From the NCBI RefSeq assembly GCF_003704095.1, contig NW_020846779.1:62001-126000 (forward strand): a stretch of DNA of 64,000 bases. The letters are read 5' to 3'. The position numbers and the translations under genes were made by a program. Within the stretch, counting starts at the first letter, position 1. Each line of letters opens with the position of its first letter. Below the pieces are notes generated by a model. The model searched no databases and was not told the DNA's origin. It saw nothing but the letters and a program-made list of their open reading frames with translations. Below, piece by piece: positions 12,571-25,895 of the stretch. Origin of the DNA: Pocillopora damicornis. Taxonomy: Eukaryota.

Positions 12571-14127
12571 ACACTAATTTCACCAATACAGCTAGATCGT
12601 GCAGTTTTTTCAGTTGGACAACTGAAACTGTTTGACCATTTAAACTACCTGAAGAAATTAAATAGTTTGTGCAATTTTCGAGCTACTTACCAAGTGGAAT
12701 CCATTAAGGTAACTTTACTACTTTATCTTCATTAAGGTAACTTTACTACTTTATCTTGAACCAATGTCGCCTAAATTTTGGAGACTTTCCAATTGTACCA
12801 TTAAGGCTATGCGTTTGTGTGGTTCAACTATTAAAGCTAGTATAATAAGCTAGTTTCATCATTTTGAAATTCTTTAACCAGTCAAGATACATTTTGCAGT
12901 TTGTGCAGTTTAAATGTTTTCCCTTATTTTACTATTTAACCAGTTGAGCCAATTAAGCTAAATTGACTTCTTAAACTTAGTCAAGTTAAACTACATTATA
13001 AAATTATGGAATTGAACCAATTAAGTAAGTTATGCGTTTTGTCCCATTGAAAAATCTATTTTTAGTTCAATCATTTGAATGATTTTAGCCAATGAAGTTA
13101 GATTGTGCAAGTTGTGCAGTTTAACTGTCCTCGCTTGCTCGAGTATTTAACCAGGTGAACCTGTAAAGCTTGAGATATGTTCTGTCTTCTTAAACCATTT
13201 AAAGCTAGTTTGAGCAATTTGAACTTTATCAACTAGTTGTGATAGATATTGCAGTTTCANNNNNNNNNNTTGTTTAAATATTCAACCAGTTGAACGATTT
13301 AAGGTAGATATGTATTTTATCTGGTTTAGCCATCTAAACCAGTTTGACCATTTTAACGACTTCAGCTGATTACGCTAGATTGTGAAGCTTGTGCATTTAA
13401 ACCTATCAAGCTACTTATGCTAGTTGAACCGGTTGAGCTAATTTGACCGTTTGGACTACTTCAACCATTTAAGAAAGATTGTGCAATTTGGGCAGTTGAA
13501 CTGTTTTTATTCATTTGACTAGTTGACCAGTTTCACCAAATGAGGCTATATCCTGCAGTTTGTGCAGTTGATCCAATCGAGCCCGTTGTGCATTTTTTCC
13601 AGCTGAAACAGTTAAGCTCATTGACCATTTGAACTACTTCAACCATTTAAGATAGGTTATTTATGTAGTTTTACTGTTTTCACTAATTTGACTTTATAAC
13701 CGCTTGAAGCAATTAAGATTTTGTAGTTTGCGTCATTTAATCATTCAAACTTCTTATACGTTTTTTCCAGTTGAAGAGTTGAAGGTGGTCTCACCATTTT
13801 TACTGACTGAATGAATTTAGATTGATTCTGCAATTGGTGCAGTTTTACTGTCTTTGGTAGTTTGACTATTGAACCACTTCAACCAATTAAAGGTACCAGT
13901 AGTTTGACTTTTTTAACGAGTTGAATTTATTGAGCTAGATTTTGCAGTCGAGCCATTTAAGGTAGTCATGCATTTTGTCCAACTAAACTACTTTAGCTCG
14001 TTTCATCGTTTTAACTACATCACCCAGTTAAGATAGATTGTACAATTTGTGCAGTTTAACACTTTTTGGTAGTGGGATATTGATCAAATGAAGCCTTTAA
14101 GTGCCACTGTGGTTCTTTCTTTAGTCA

Positions 14128-14164
14128 CTCCGAGCTTTCGTCGTTCTACGGCATCATCAGGGAG
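14128..14164 (-). ncRNA. Minimal type I hammerhead ribozyme motif in a ~100-bp PLE-derived insert (~14073-14170)
   Basis: Minus strand reads CUCC-CUGAUGA-U-GCCG UAGAA CGAC-GAAA-GCUC-GGAG: stem I CUCC/GGAG, intact CUGAUGA and GAAA core, stem II with one mismatch, palindromic AGCU mini stem III. Confidence 0.7.
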
Positions 14165-16689
14165 GTAGGTTTGACTATTTAACCAGTTGAACCGATCAAG
14201 CCAGTCTCGATTACTTGTACCAATTCAGTTATCTTGTTCGGTCTAGGCAGTTGATTAATTGCAGCTATTTTGACCATTCGAAGTACTTTAACCAATCATG
14301 ACAGATTGTGCAATGTGTTTGAATTGAACTATTTTCGCCAGGTTGACTATTTAATCTATTTGAACTATTTTAGCTGTCATGTATCTTTGTCTGGTTAAAC
14401 CATTGAAGCTAACATTACCATTTGAACGACTCTAACCAATTAAGATAGATTGCACTTTTTGTGCAGCGTGTGTCATTGCTAGTTTGACTTTCGACCAGTT
14501 AAACCATTTCAACTGGTTAAGCATTTTGTCCAATTGAAGTTTTTCAGATATTTTGACCATTTGAACTACTTCAACCAGTAGAGAGAGATTGTAATTTTTT
14601 CACTTTGACTGTCTTTCCCAATTTAACTTTTTCAACCAGTCCAACTATTTAAGCTAGTTGTGCATTTTGTCTGGTTGAACCACTATCAAGTCAGTAGGAC
14701 CATTTGAACCAATCAAGATAATTTATACAGTTTGTGCAGTTTCGCTGTTATTGCTAATTGACTATTTAACCAGTAAAGCCATTTCAGCTAGATGGTGCAG
14801 TTTGTGAAGTTAAGCCGATTAAGCTTGTTCTGCACTTTTTCCTGTGAATTACTTAGGCTACTTTCACCATGTGACACATTTACGTAAGCTTGTGCTTTTT
14901 TTGTAGTTGAACAAATTAAGATATAATATATTAAAGTTCACACGGCAACCAGGTGGACAATCAGACATAGTNNNNNNNNNNNNNNNNNNNNNNNNNNNNN
15001 NNNNNNNNNNNNNNNNNNNNNNNNNNNNNNNNNNNNNNNNNNNNNNNNNNNNNTCAGGGGTGATCTAAACGCTGCAACAAGAGGTCCTTTTATATGATCA
15101 CTAATTATAAGACAGACCAAACGCCAGTTTGGTACACGGTTAAAAGAGCACCAAAAAGCGGTTTNNNNNNNNNNNNNNNNNNNNNNNNNNNNNNNNNNNN
15201 NNNNNNNNNNNNNNNNNNNNNNNNNNNNNNNNNNNNNNNNNNNNNNNNNNNNNNNNNNNNNNNNNNNNNNNNNNNNNNNNNNNNNNNNNNNNNNNNNNNN
15301 NNNNNNNNNNNNNNNNNNNNNNNNNNNNNNNNNNNNNNNNNNNNNNNNNNNNNNNNNNNNNNNNNNNNNNNNNNNNNNNNNNNNNNNNNNNNNNNNNNNN
15401 NNNNNNNNNNNNNNNNNNNNNNNNNNNNNNNNNNNNNNNNNNNNNNNNNNNNNNNNNNNNNNNNNNNNNNNNNNNNNNNNNNNNNNNNNNNNNNNNNNNN
15501 NNNNNNNNNNNNNNNNNNNNNNNNNNNNNNNNNNNNNNNNNNNNNNNNNNNNNNNNNNNNNNNNNNNNNNNNNNNNNNNNNNNNNNNNNNNNNNNNNNNN
15601 NNNNNNNNNNNNNNNNNNNNNNNNNNNNNNNNNNCGGTTACATTCATTAAATCTGCAAACCAGTGTAGCTTCAAACTATGTCTGAATTAAGATATATTTG
15701 CAATAATTGTTTCAGAGTGAATGCATGTTGTTTTGTAAATATAAACACTGTGACGTATTTTACCTCGTTTTTGTGTCCTTTTAAGCAACGTGATGTGTCT
15801 GTTATGAGACAGAGTGATCTCCTCCACACTGTGCGTAGTTCATGACATAATATTTTATATTATTGAGAAGGCACCTTCCGATCCCCCTTTGTTTCCTTTG
15901 TAGGTCACGCAAGTGCGCAAGTGTTATGACCGATTACGTTTACGCAACGTTTTAGGACAACTTGGCATCTATTCTCCACTCAGTGGCTATGAAAACCTAA
16001 AATCCTCAATGTAGAAGATAAACGAACGAAGTTTGAATGGTCAAAAAGAGATCTTGGTCAATTTTCAGAATCATGGAAATGATCTTTGACACGTGCGCAA
16101 TTGAGCAAACACATAGATTTGCGTTGTTTTTAAGATGTTGCTGGATGGAAGCTAGAGATATACCTGCAGGCTTGAGGCAATCCGTTACCTCATTGGTGTA
16201 TAAACTATGCACTGATATGCTTTTTCAGCCCGATAAACGCCTGCATTTNNNNNNNNNNNNNNNNNNNNNNNNNNNNNNNNNNNNNNNNNNNNNNNNNNNN
16301 NNNNNNNNNATATTTTGTCTGTGAACTAACTGAATACATCTTGTAACTTGTAGCAAGATAGAACTCCGTGAGCTTTATTGCTGCAGCTGCTGCGCACTGG
16401 ACAAATTCTTTGAAATTCACACTTTCGATTGCTGTCCACAGGGGTGGTCTGACCAAAATTCATCTCGTGGCGAAGCAAAGAGAGAACTGGAGAACAACTA
16501 AACTATTCTTTTTTAAACATTTGTCCTAAACCCTTCTCATGGGCGAAAAATAAAAGAAAACTTTTTTCCAATGGGAAGTCGAGAGGACCGCTCTTAGCAA
16601 GAGCGGCACTTAAATCTCAAATAGTTTAGTCATGCACTTCGCAGAGCCTTTGCTGAAAACCACAGAGAGATTTGAACATGACACTTAAT

Positions 16690-19600
16690 GCCCTGTTAGC
16701 CAAAGCAGGAGCATTAAAAGTCTCAGAGCAGCAAGCGACCGACATAGAATCCCCTGGAAATGCCAATGCTGTGTTCCCTCAGAAGTCCAAAACAGTGGAC
16801 AAAGACAGCTCATTGTCTTAACTGTAGAGAAAGTTGGACACACGATGCCAAAAGTTGGTGTCCTGCTTTCAATCGAAAGTGCAACTCCCGCAAAAAATGT
16901 TGCCATTATGTGCAGTATTGTCGAGGTTATCAAAAGGGTAAGTCCTATGGGAGAGGTGGAACACATCAAAAAGGAAACAGGAAGCAAGGGTGTCAAAACT
17001 TCAGGCCCCCTTAAACCATTAGGAAGGTGAACAAAGAGTCAAAGCCACGTTCACCGCCGTCAAGTTCAGATAATGAATACACGTTGATGTTAACTTCTCC
17101 TACCAAGGTTAGTGCTCCATTTGTGTTATTGAAAGTCAATATTGTCATATGCAAGCTCTTGGTGGACTCTGGGGCCCGCGTGAACATTGTGAGTTATGAT
17201 GTGTCCAAGATGTTTGATTGTGGACTAGAACCTTGTGATATGCTTCTCACTCATCTAAACCCCTCTTAGTGCTGGGTAAATTCAAGGCCCTAGTGGAATC
17301 TAAGTGTTGTTCAGTTGACTCTGAATTTCTCGTGGTAGATGACAAAACATCTCTTCTTGGATTTGCAACTGCTATGGAGCTTGGAACACTGTAGTGGTAC
17401 ACGACCTCAGTGGGGATAAAGTCTTTTGCAAACTCGATCTCAATCAAGGATATCATGAGATGGTCATTCACCCAGACTCCAAGCATATTACCACCTTTTT
17501 CACTCATCTTGGTCTGTACAGGTACAGGCGCCTTAGTTTTGACATAAATGCTGCGGCTGAAAAATTTAAGGATGTGATTGTGTAATTGCTACTGCTATCG
17601 GTGACATCCCTAGTGTTAATAATATTCGTGATGATGTCATCATCTGTGGAGGCAACACAGTGGAGCATGAAAAGACCTTGCATGCTGTCTTAACTCACTT
17701 CAAGGAGTTCAACTTTACTCTGAGGAAACAAAAGTGCCAAACTTACATGCCACCTATTGAGTTCTTTGGCGTGGTCTTTAGTGAAGATTGTAGATCACCT
17801 GATCCTGTGACGGTGGAAGCAATCACACAAGCAGAAGCACCTACCACAGTTAGCGATGTGTGCAGCCTGTTAGGCATGGCCAACTATGTGGCTCATGTCA
17901 TGCATGGTTATGCAGATATTACAGCTCCGTTGTGTGACCTCACCCACAAGGTGTTGAATTTAAATGGGAAGATGATAACCGAACAGCATTGGAGCGACTC
18001 AAGCGTAGTCTCACATTGGATGAAGTAATGGCGTACTTTGACCCCAGCAAGAAATCCATCCTGCTTGTGGATGCTAGTCTTGTTGGGTTGGGAGGCATGT
18101 TAACTCAAGGTGGCAAAGTGATCTCTTACGCCAGCAAAGCCCTCTAGAGAGTGGAAAGGCGCTACTCTTAAATCAAGCACAAGGCATTGGCAATTGCTTG
18201 GGGTTGTAACCACTTCTGTATGGATCGTAAGTCACTGCCAGCCATCTTCACCAGCCCTGTATTCCAAGCCTCAGCTAGGATTGAGAACTGAGAACTCAAA
18301 CTAGAGTCCTTCAACTTTGAAATGTTGTATTTGAGAGGAGACCTAAATCCAGCAGACTATATCTTAAGGTCTTTCCAGGGTGATACAAAGTGTCATCTCA
18401 TCGCAGAGTCTAGAGAGCAATATGTCAACTTCGTGATGTCCCTAGCAACACATAAGGCTCTAAGTAGAGAAAAGATCAGTGAAGCAATCAGAGAAGATAC
18501 CACTCTTCAAGAAGTAATGCACCTCATTTGAATGGCCCAGTGGAATAGCCTGAAGCCAGTGGAAGAGTCGACCCAGACACCTTCAAGATATTGTCAACAT
18601 CCACAGTGAGCTGACTTCAGTGGAGGGCAACCTTGTGCTTCCTGGAAGCCGCATAGTAGTACTCGATGCACTTAAGAAATGAGTAATCGAACTCGCCCAT
18701 GGGGGCAATTAAGGACTAGTAAAGACTCGTAGGCTGTTGCACTCAAAGGTCTGGTTTCCAAGAACGGACAGCCTAGTTAATTCTATTGTGAAATCTTGTG
18801 TTCCCTGTTAAGTTGCAATGCTCAAGTCTTCCCGTGAGGCTCTGCAGATTACTCTGTTGCCCCATGGTCCCTGTGAACAAGTAAGCATTCACTTTGTGAA
18901 GTTGCTGGACACTATGCCATTATTGTAGTTGACAAATACTCAAGATTTCCTAAGATTGAGATCTTCCACTCTACATCTGCCAAAGCAGTGATTCCCTGGC
19001 TTGACCACATATTTGCTGCCTATGGTGTACTCTAAGTGGTAAAGTCCGATAATAGTTCCCCCCCTTTTATTGGTGGCGAGTTAACACAATTTGCTATATA
19101 TCTTGGCTTCAAGCACCAAAAGGTGTCTCCATTGTGGTCCAAAGCTAATGGAGAAGTGGAAAACTTCATGAGGAACTTTTGGAAAGGTACTACGCACAAC
19201 TACTCAGTGGAAGGAAGATATGGATCAGTCCCTTGTCAACTACTTCCCATTGTACTGCGGGTGTTTTCCCCTGCTACAGCCCTCTTTGGGGGGCCAGTTA
19301 GAACCAAATTACCCAACCCTGTTGTTGTACCAAGTGGTGAAAGTTGCGACCCTGCAATCATGTGCCACATAGGTGCTCAGTAGCGACTCGGGATCAAGAG
19401 CCAAGCTGATTCTAGGAGAGCCGTCAAAAATCGTGACATTCAAGTTGGACACACTGCTCTATTTAGACAACTAAAGCAAGAAAAGCTGTCAACGTCATAT
19501 CACCTGACCCCATTGACCATCACTTGGTAGCATTACAACATGCTATCAGCAGAAAGTGCCGACTAACATCTCACTTTGAGAAGCTTCTGACTGATGACTC

Positions 19601-19970
19601 AATCACACTCAGAACCAGGCAAGCACGTAAAGAAAAGGCAATTGAAGTGCACACCGAGAGCAGTCCTCCCTCCTGCATTTCAGTCTTCTTCGTCTTCAGT
19701 TCAGGAGTCCAGAGGTTCACTAGTGGACCCCAGTGGAAGTGCTGAGATCGTGACTGAACCTGTGCATCAAACGTCCGCACATGTGTCTGTGCCCCAAAGA
19801 GAGTCATCCAAGCAATTTGATTAGTGGTGATTCACTAATTTAAACTGATTTTGAACATTCTTTTGATAAGTGTTCTTTTGACTGATTTCAAAGTGACTCA
19901 AGTATTAATTTATGGACGTCGTTTTAGAATTATGAAGTTTGAATTTGTAAGAACATTAAGTAATTGAAGA
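16690..19970 (+). mobile_element. Ty3/Gypsy copy B (same family as copy A), decayed gag-pol, no LTR seen
   Basis: Zn knuckle CLNC..H....C; protease LLVDSGARVNIVS; RT KLDLNQGYHE...LYRYRRLSF and NIRDDVII; RNase H LLVDASLVGLG; integrase KVWFP...KSDN...NGEVE. Order PR-RT-RH-IN. 16960-17200 aligns with 6990-7225. Confidence 0.92.
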
Positions 19971-22599
19971 CATCTCTGGGGCTCCCCATAATTTTTTGAG
20001 TAGATGCATTTCCCGCCTAAAGTGTAAGGTCGAGAGTAATTTGATACCACATCAACTACAAAATTATGTTTTGAGACCAAGATATTTATGTTTTTCGTTT
20101 TTTAAAAGCATTCAGGCTGATTCCACGTTAACGTTTTATGTAATTATCTACACTAATGACAGAAATTGTAGCACCTCTCTAAAATGCATGCTGTGAATTT
20201 TTTTTTCAGGGCCAAAGCTCCTCATGACGGCAAGTTTGACCATTTGAAATATTTCAACCACTTGAGATTGATTGTGCAGTTTTGTGAAATTCATTCTTTT
20301 CGTTAGTTTGACGATTAAAAAGAGAGTACCGAATAAACTAGTTTGACTTTTTTGACTATTTGAACCAATTAAGCTGAAATTTGGCAGTTTGTGCAGTTGA
20401 ACCTATTAGGGTAGTGGGGAATTTTTTTCCAGGTGAACCATTTTGGCTAGTTCGACCATTTGAACTAACTTAAGAAGTTAAGATAGACTGAGCATTTTGT
20501 GTAATTTTGCTGTTTTAGCTAGTTTGAGGGAAGTAAGCTAGATTGTGCACTTTGTGGAGTTGAACCTCTTTAGGTAGTTGCGCATTTTGTCCAGTTAAAC
20601 CTTTTAAGCTAGGTCCAACGTTTCTTGAACTACTTCAAACATTTAAGATAGATTCTGCAATTTTTGTACTTTAGCTGTTTTCCCTAGTTTGACCATGTAA
20701 CCAGCTGAACCAATGAAACTAATTTGACTTTTAACTACTTGAAGCAGTTCAGCTTGATTCTGCAGTTTTCACAAGTCACTATTGGAAGCAAGTTTGAGCG
20801 TTCAGAGTATTTTAACAAGTTGAGAAAGACTGAGCAATTTGTGCAGCTTAACTGTTTCCGTTACTTTGACTATTTAAAAAGTAGAACTAATTGAGCTAGT
20901 TTGACTATTCTGACTATTTAAACAAATTAAGCTAGATTACGCAGTTTGTGCAATCGAACCTATTAAGCTAGCTATGTACTTTGTCCAGTTAAACCGGTTA
21001 AACCATTTGAATTGCTGCAACGATTTCAGATAGATTTTGGAATTTTAGCAGTTTAACGGTGTTTGCTTGTTTGATTATTTAAGCCGTTGATCCATTTGAG
21101 CTAGATTGTGCAGTTGGATTGTTAAATTACTTATGCTAGTTTATATACCTTGTCCAGTTGAACCATTTAAGCCAGGCTGAGCATTTGAACTACTTTAACC
21201 ATTCAAGATAGATTGTGCGATTTATGCAGTTAAATGGTTCTCACTAGTTTGACTATTTAACCATTTGAACCAATTAGTCTAGTCTGATTCTTTTAACTAG
21301 CTTAACCAGTTACGTTATTTTGAGTGATTGAATCACTTAAGCCTCTTATGCATTTTGTCCTGCTCACTTACTTTAGCTTTCTTGGCCATTCGAAGTAGTT
21401 ACGCTAGTCAAGGTAGATTGTGCAATTTATGCAGTTTAACTGTTTTCGCTGGCTAGGCTATTTAAAAGGTTGAGTTGAAACAATTCAGTCAGAGTGTGCA
21501 GTTTGTGCAATTGTTTCCCTGTAGCTTTCGTGACAATTTCAACCACTTTTGATTTTTTGCGCAATTTTTTCAGTTTAACTGTTTTGTTCTGGTGGCATAT
21601 TTAACAATTTGAACATCTTTAGCAAGTTATGAAGTTTTTTCAATTGAACCATAGAAGCTAAAATGTCCATTTGATCCCTTCCAACCAATTAAGATAGATT
21701 GCACTAATGTGTGCAGTATAACTGTCCTTGTTAGTTCGACTATTCGACAAGTTAGACCATTTAAGCTAAGTATGCATTTAACCTTTTGAGCTACTTTGAT
21801 ACGTAGTGAAATTTGTGTATTTAAACAATTTTTTGACTCTTTGCCTTTTCCACCAGTTAACCAATTAAGCTAGTTTGACTATTTTCACTACTTGAACCGA
21901 TAGAGCTAAATCTTGCGGTTTGTACAGTTAAACCATTTAAGCTAGTTTTGCATTTTGTCCGTTTCAAGCAATGAAGCTAGTTTCACCATTTGAAATAGTT
22001 CAACAAGGTAGTAGTTTTAGCTCAATTGGTTCGACTGGATAAATGGAGAAACTAGGAAAGACATTAAACTGAAATAGATGTACAATTTATCTTAGTTAGT
22101 CGATGTAGTTAAAATGATCAAACTAGCTTAAATGGTTCAACTGGAAATAACGCATAACTAGCCTTAATACTTCAACTACACAAACTGCACAATCTAATTT
22201 AATTGGTAAAAGTAGTTAAATTGGTCAAATTAGCTTCAATGAATCAACTGCAGAAACTAAACAATTTAGCTAAATTGGCTCAAGTAGTTAAAATAGTCAA
22301 ACTTACTTAATTGGTTCAACTGGTTAAATAGTCAAACCAGCGAAGCTAATTTAACTGAAAAACTACTCAATCTATCTTAATTCCTTGAAGTAATTAAAAT
22401 GATTAAACTAGATTACTAGGTTCAATTGCTCATAAAATAAAATCTGGTCTAAACAGTTCAACTGGTCAAATATTTAAAGACCTCCACAAGTTGCACGATC
22501 CATCTTCAATGCTTGAAGTAGTTCAACCAGTTTTTACGCCAGTTGAACCTAGCTGAAGCGTTTCAGCTAGTGTATTCCTTTGGCTTTCTTTCTTTTTCT

Positions 22600-22807
22600 T
22601 TTATACCTCTTGGGTATTGTATACCTGAGGGTTACTCTTTATCTCTACGATACCCCCTTCGTTAATGTAAGGCTAAGGGTCATTTTTAATATATTCTATG
22701 CCCTCTTGGGTAGTGTATACCAGAGGGTTATTTTTAATCTTTCATATTATTCCTTAGATAGTATATGCCTAAGGGTTATTTTTAATCTCTTCTTTGCCCT
22801 CCTTAGA
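22600..22807. repeat. 48-bp tandem repeat, ~4.3 copies
   Basis: AGGGT anchors at 22628, 22676, 22724 and 22772 (exact 48-bp spacing). Explains the 16-aa periodicity of ORF 22580-22822. Confidence 0.85.
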
Positions 22808-22818
22808 CGGTCGTCATG

Positions 22819-23025
22819 TTAGATGATATTCATAAGTGTGAAATTGCTCACAGTGACCTAAAATGCAATAACGCTGTTTTATAGAAACGTGATCACCAGC
22901 TTCTACCTTTTTATAGACAATTTTTGCAAGAGTGTTGTCTTTTGAATAACTAAAACGGGGGGTCCAAAACTGTCAAATTTAAAAGGCCATTATAAGAATA
23001 GCGCATTGCGCCGAAACTTGTAGAC
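22819..23025 (+). pseudogene. Protein kinase pseudogene fragment (subdomains VIa-VIII)
   Basis: LDDIHKCEIAHSDLKCNNAVL (catalytic loop HxDLKxxN), then frameshifted, then IAPKLVD (APE motif). Inverted homolog of 4570-4760. Confidence 0.75.
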
Positions 23026-24204
23026 TTGTTAAATGGTCAAACCAGCTTAACTAGTTTCACTGAACAAAATGCATAACTAGCTTAGTACCTTCAATTGCAC
23101 AAACTGCACAATCTAGCCCTATTGGTTAAAGCTGTTAAAATATTCAAACTGGTTTGTTCGGTTCAACTGGTTATATAGTCAAACTAGGGATGAGAGTAAT
23201 ACAACAAAAATTGCACTTGACTGAGTTGAGCTAACTTAATTGGTTAAGTTAGCTCAAACGGTCGAACGCTTTGATGTTTCAACTAAAAAAATTGCATAAA
23301 TAGCATAAATGGTTCAACTGCTCAATGTAGCTAAATTAATTAAAGTGACTAAATTAGGGAACACAGTTAAACTGCGCAAATTCCAGCCTATCTTAACATG
23401 TTGAAATAGGTCAAATGTCAAAACTAGCTTGACTGATTCGACTTGACAAAATGCTTAACTAGCCTAATAAGTTTAATTGCACAAATAGCACAGTTCAGCT
23501 TCATTGGTTCAGCGGGTTAAATAGTCAAATATTGAAAATAGTGAAACTGCACAAACTATTCAATCTATCCTACTTTGTTGACATGAGTCAAATGGTCAAA
23601 CTAGCATATTTATAGATGTCAATCAATAATATGATGTTCACTGTTTGGAAATATATTAAATATAGCTTAATTGGTTTTCCTTTTGAAAGGGTTAAGCTAG
23701 ATTAAATAACAAAATGTGTAGTTTGGTAAAATGGTTGAACCAGAAAAATCTATTAATATCTTAAGTCGTTCAACTAAAAAAACAGCACAAGCTAGCTCGA
23801 ATGCTTCACATTTCACAAATGCTTCAAAGTAGACTAAATAATTTACTGGAAAGCTTGATCGGCTTACCTCCAAAAACTGTGCAATCTGGCTGAAATTATT
23901 TAACTTGTCAAATAGTCAGTTAGCAATAACAGTGAAACTGCACAAACTATCTTGATTGGTTCAAATGGTCGATCTAGCTCAAATAGTTCAACAACTAGCT
24001 AAAATGGTTACACTATGTGACTAGCTTCAATGGCTTCACTGGTTAAATGGTCAAACTAATAAAGACAGTTAAACTCTAAACATATTGCATAATCTATTTT
24101 GATTGGTTGATGCAGCTCAAATGCTCATACTAGCTTCAATTAATCCACTGCACAAGCTGCATCATCTAGCTGAATTAGTTTAACTGGTTAACTAGTCAAG
24201 TGAC

Positions 24205-24464
24205 TAAAAGCTAAGTTTTTTGTTTGTCTCACGATGTAGTCACATGTGATGTAGGTTGCGATCTTTCAACTGCATACTGCTACCCTTCTTCCGGCAATGA
24301 GAACGACTAGACATGCATGATCTTATATAGCATGATTCTCTGCTGTGATTAGTTGTTTCTCAACAGCTCTGATCGGTGCATTTCCATCCTTGCTGTTCAC
24401 TCAGTTATTTGCTCCCTTGGCGGTCCGCTTTCACAGGGCTCTCCTGTTGTTGTGTTTTTTGATT

Positions 24465-24499
<35 letters not shown>

Positions 24500-25895
24500 A
24501 TCCCTGTCGATGTTGTTAGGGTGAAGTCTTGTGTGAGTTGCCTCTTTGACCCTGTGCGTCTAGTAACAAGGGTCATGATCAATAAACTTTACTTCATTCC
24601 AGAGTGGCTTGTGTCCAGTNNNNNNNNNNTGCTCTGAAACGGCGGAGGTCTCAGTACCAGTGAGTTGAATGTCTCGATCATGCTCCTTAATTCTGACTTG
24701 CATAGGTCTTCCAGTCTCTCTNNNNNNNNNNTTGCTGCATTCACAGGGAATCCTGTAAACTACATCATCATGTTAAGTCGGATTGACAGCGTCTTTTGGT
24801 TGCACTAACTGAGATGTCTTACATAGTCTCAAACTTGAAAACAGCAGGTACGCCTTGCGGTTATGGGAATTGGCGAAGCTGTTCGGAAAGACCTTTGACA
24901 TAAGGTAAAACCACAGTAGCTTTGAGCTCCTTGGCGGGTTGGGCACTGCTGTTTCGTTTTCTGGTCTTGGTGAGTTTCTACAAGAAGGAAAAGGATAACC
25001 ATTAGAAACCAGAACAGATGACAGAAGTTTTTTCTCTTTGGAGATGACAGAGGGTTTTGTTACGAGACGTTTGGTGCGTCTATAAAGGCAATTAACAATA
25101 CGGCATTTTAGTGATCGAGGATCGTGTGAATCATACGCTAAGTAATGATCAGTGTGCATGTGCTTCCTGTATATGCTGGGGGTGAGGCGCCGTCGGGTTC
25201 TCTTAAAACTGTGGTGTCTAGGAAGGCGAGTTTTTTGTCTTTCTCTGTCCCCATGATGAAGTAGATCGAAGGCTGCTGGTTGTTTAAATGCTGTAAGAAG
25301 TCATATCCTTTTTTCGCGACCTAGGATGGTAAAGGTATTGTCCACGTAGTGTTTCCAGATCCTAGGCTTGTAGGATGATGTAGTTATCGCCTGTTCTTTG
25401 AAACTCTCCTGTAGAGGTTAGCAATAACAGCAGAAATCGAACTCCTTGTGGTGGTGCCATCGAAGGTCAAAAGGTCAGTGATCTGTGCAGGTGTTAGCAT
25501 GGTGCGGTCTGCAAGGCTTGGGTCATTCTCGAGTTTCTGCAGTGTGGCTTGTAAAGCGGCATCGATAGGAATGTTGGTAAACAGCGATTCTACGTTGAAA
25601 GATACCATGATCTCGTTGTCTAAGATTGTCTCATTGCAAAAGGTGGATACAAATCACCGAGTGAACAGCAAGGATCGAAATGCACCAATCAGAGCTGTTG
25701 AAAAACAGCTAATCACAGTAGAGAATCATGCTTTATAAGATCACACATGACTGTCAACCTCATCACCTGAAGAACAGTAGCAGTATGCAGTCGAAACGAC
25801 GCAATCTACATCACATGTGACTACATTGTGAGACAAACGAAAAAGCTTAGCTTTTATTGTCATCCACCACGATGAATAACCACGACCTTTTCTAC
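24205..25895 (-). mobile_element. 5'-truncated Penelope/Poseidon-like retroelement with inverted pseudo-LTRs
   Basis: RT: MVSFNVESLFTNIP, SSISAVIANLY, WKHYVDN, HTDHYLAYDSH, NGYP. GIY-YIG: VYRIPCEC...ETGRPM..RIKEH...NIDRDSG. ~200-bp inverted repeat 24205-24410 / 25650-25857. ACTAAA occurs at both ends. Confidence 0.92.
25760..25805 (+). ncRNA. Degenerate hammerhead ribozyme motif in the PLE pseudo-LTR
   Basis: CUGAAGA (25767-25773) ... GUC-GAAAC-GAC (GAAACGUC expected). The opposite arm (~24255-24295) has CCGGAAGA...GAAAGAUC. Probably inactive. Confidence 0.5.

Larger units (their letters stand above)
11188..14930. repeat. 35-36-bp satellite, block 2 (also 9210-9482), interrupted by PLE fragments
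   Basis: Same monomers as block 1; 14700-14930 aligns specifically with 2122-2340. Confidence 0.88.

Noticed and set aside
14931-16330. Possible TTAA-flanked element starting TTAAAGTTCACACGG
   Set aside because: Only a weak inverted match (GTCTGTGAACT at ~16318), no second TTAA, and the region is heavily gapped.
22580-22822. ORF with a 16-aa hydrophobic repeat
   Set aside because: Explained by the 48-bp tandem DNA repeat; non-ATG start and no domain.
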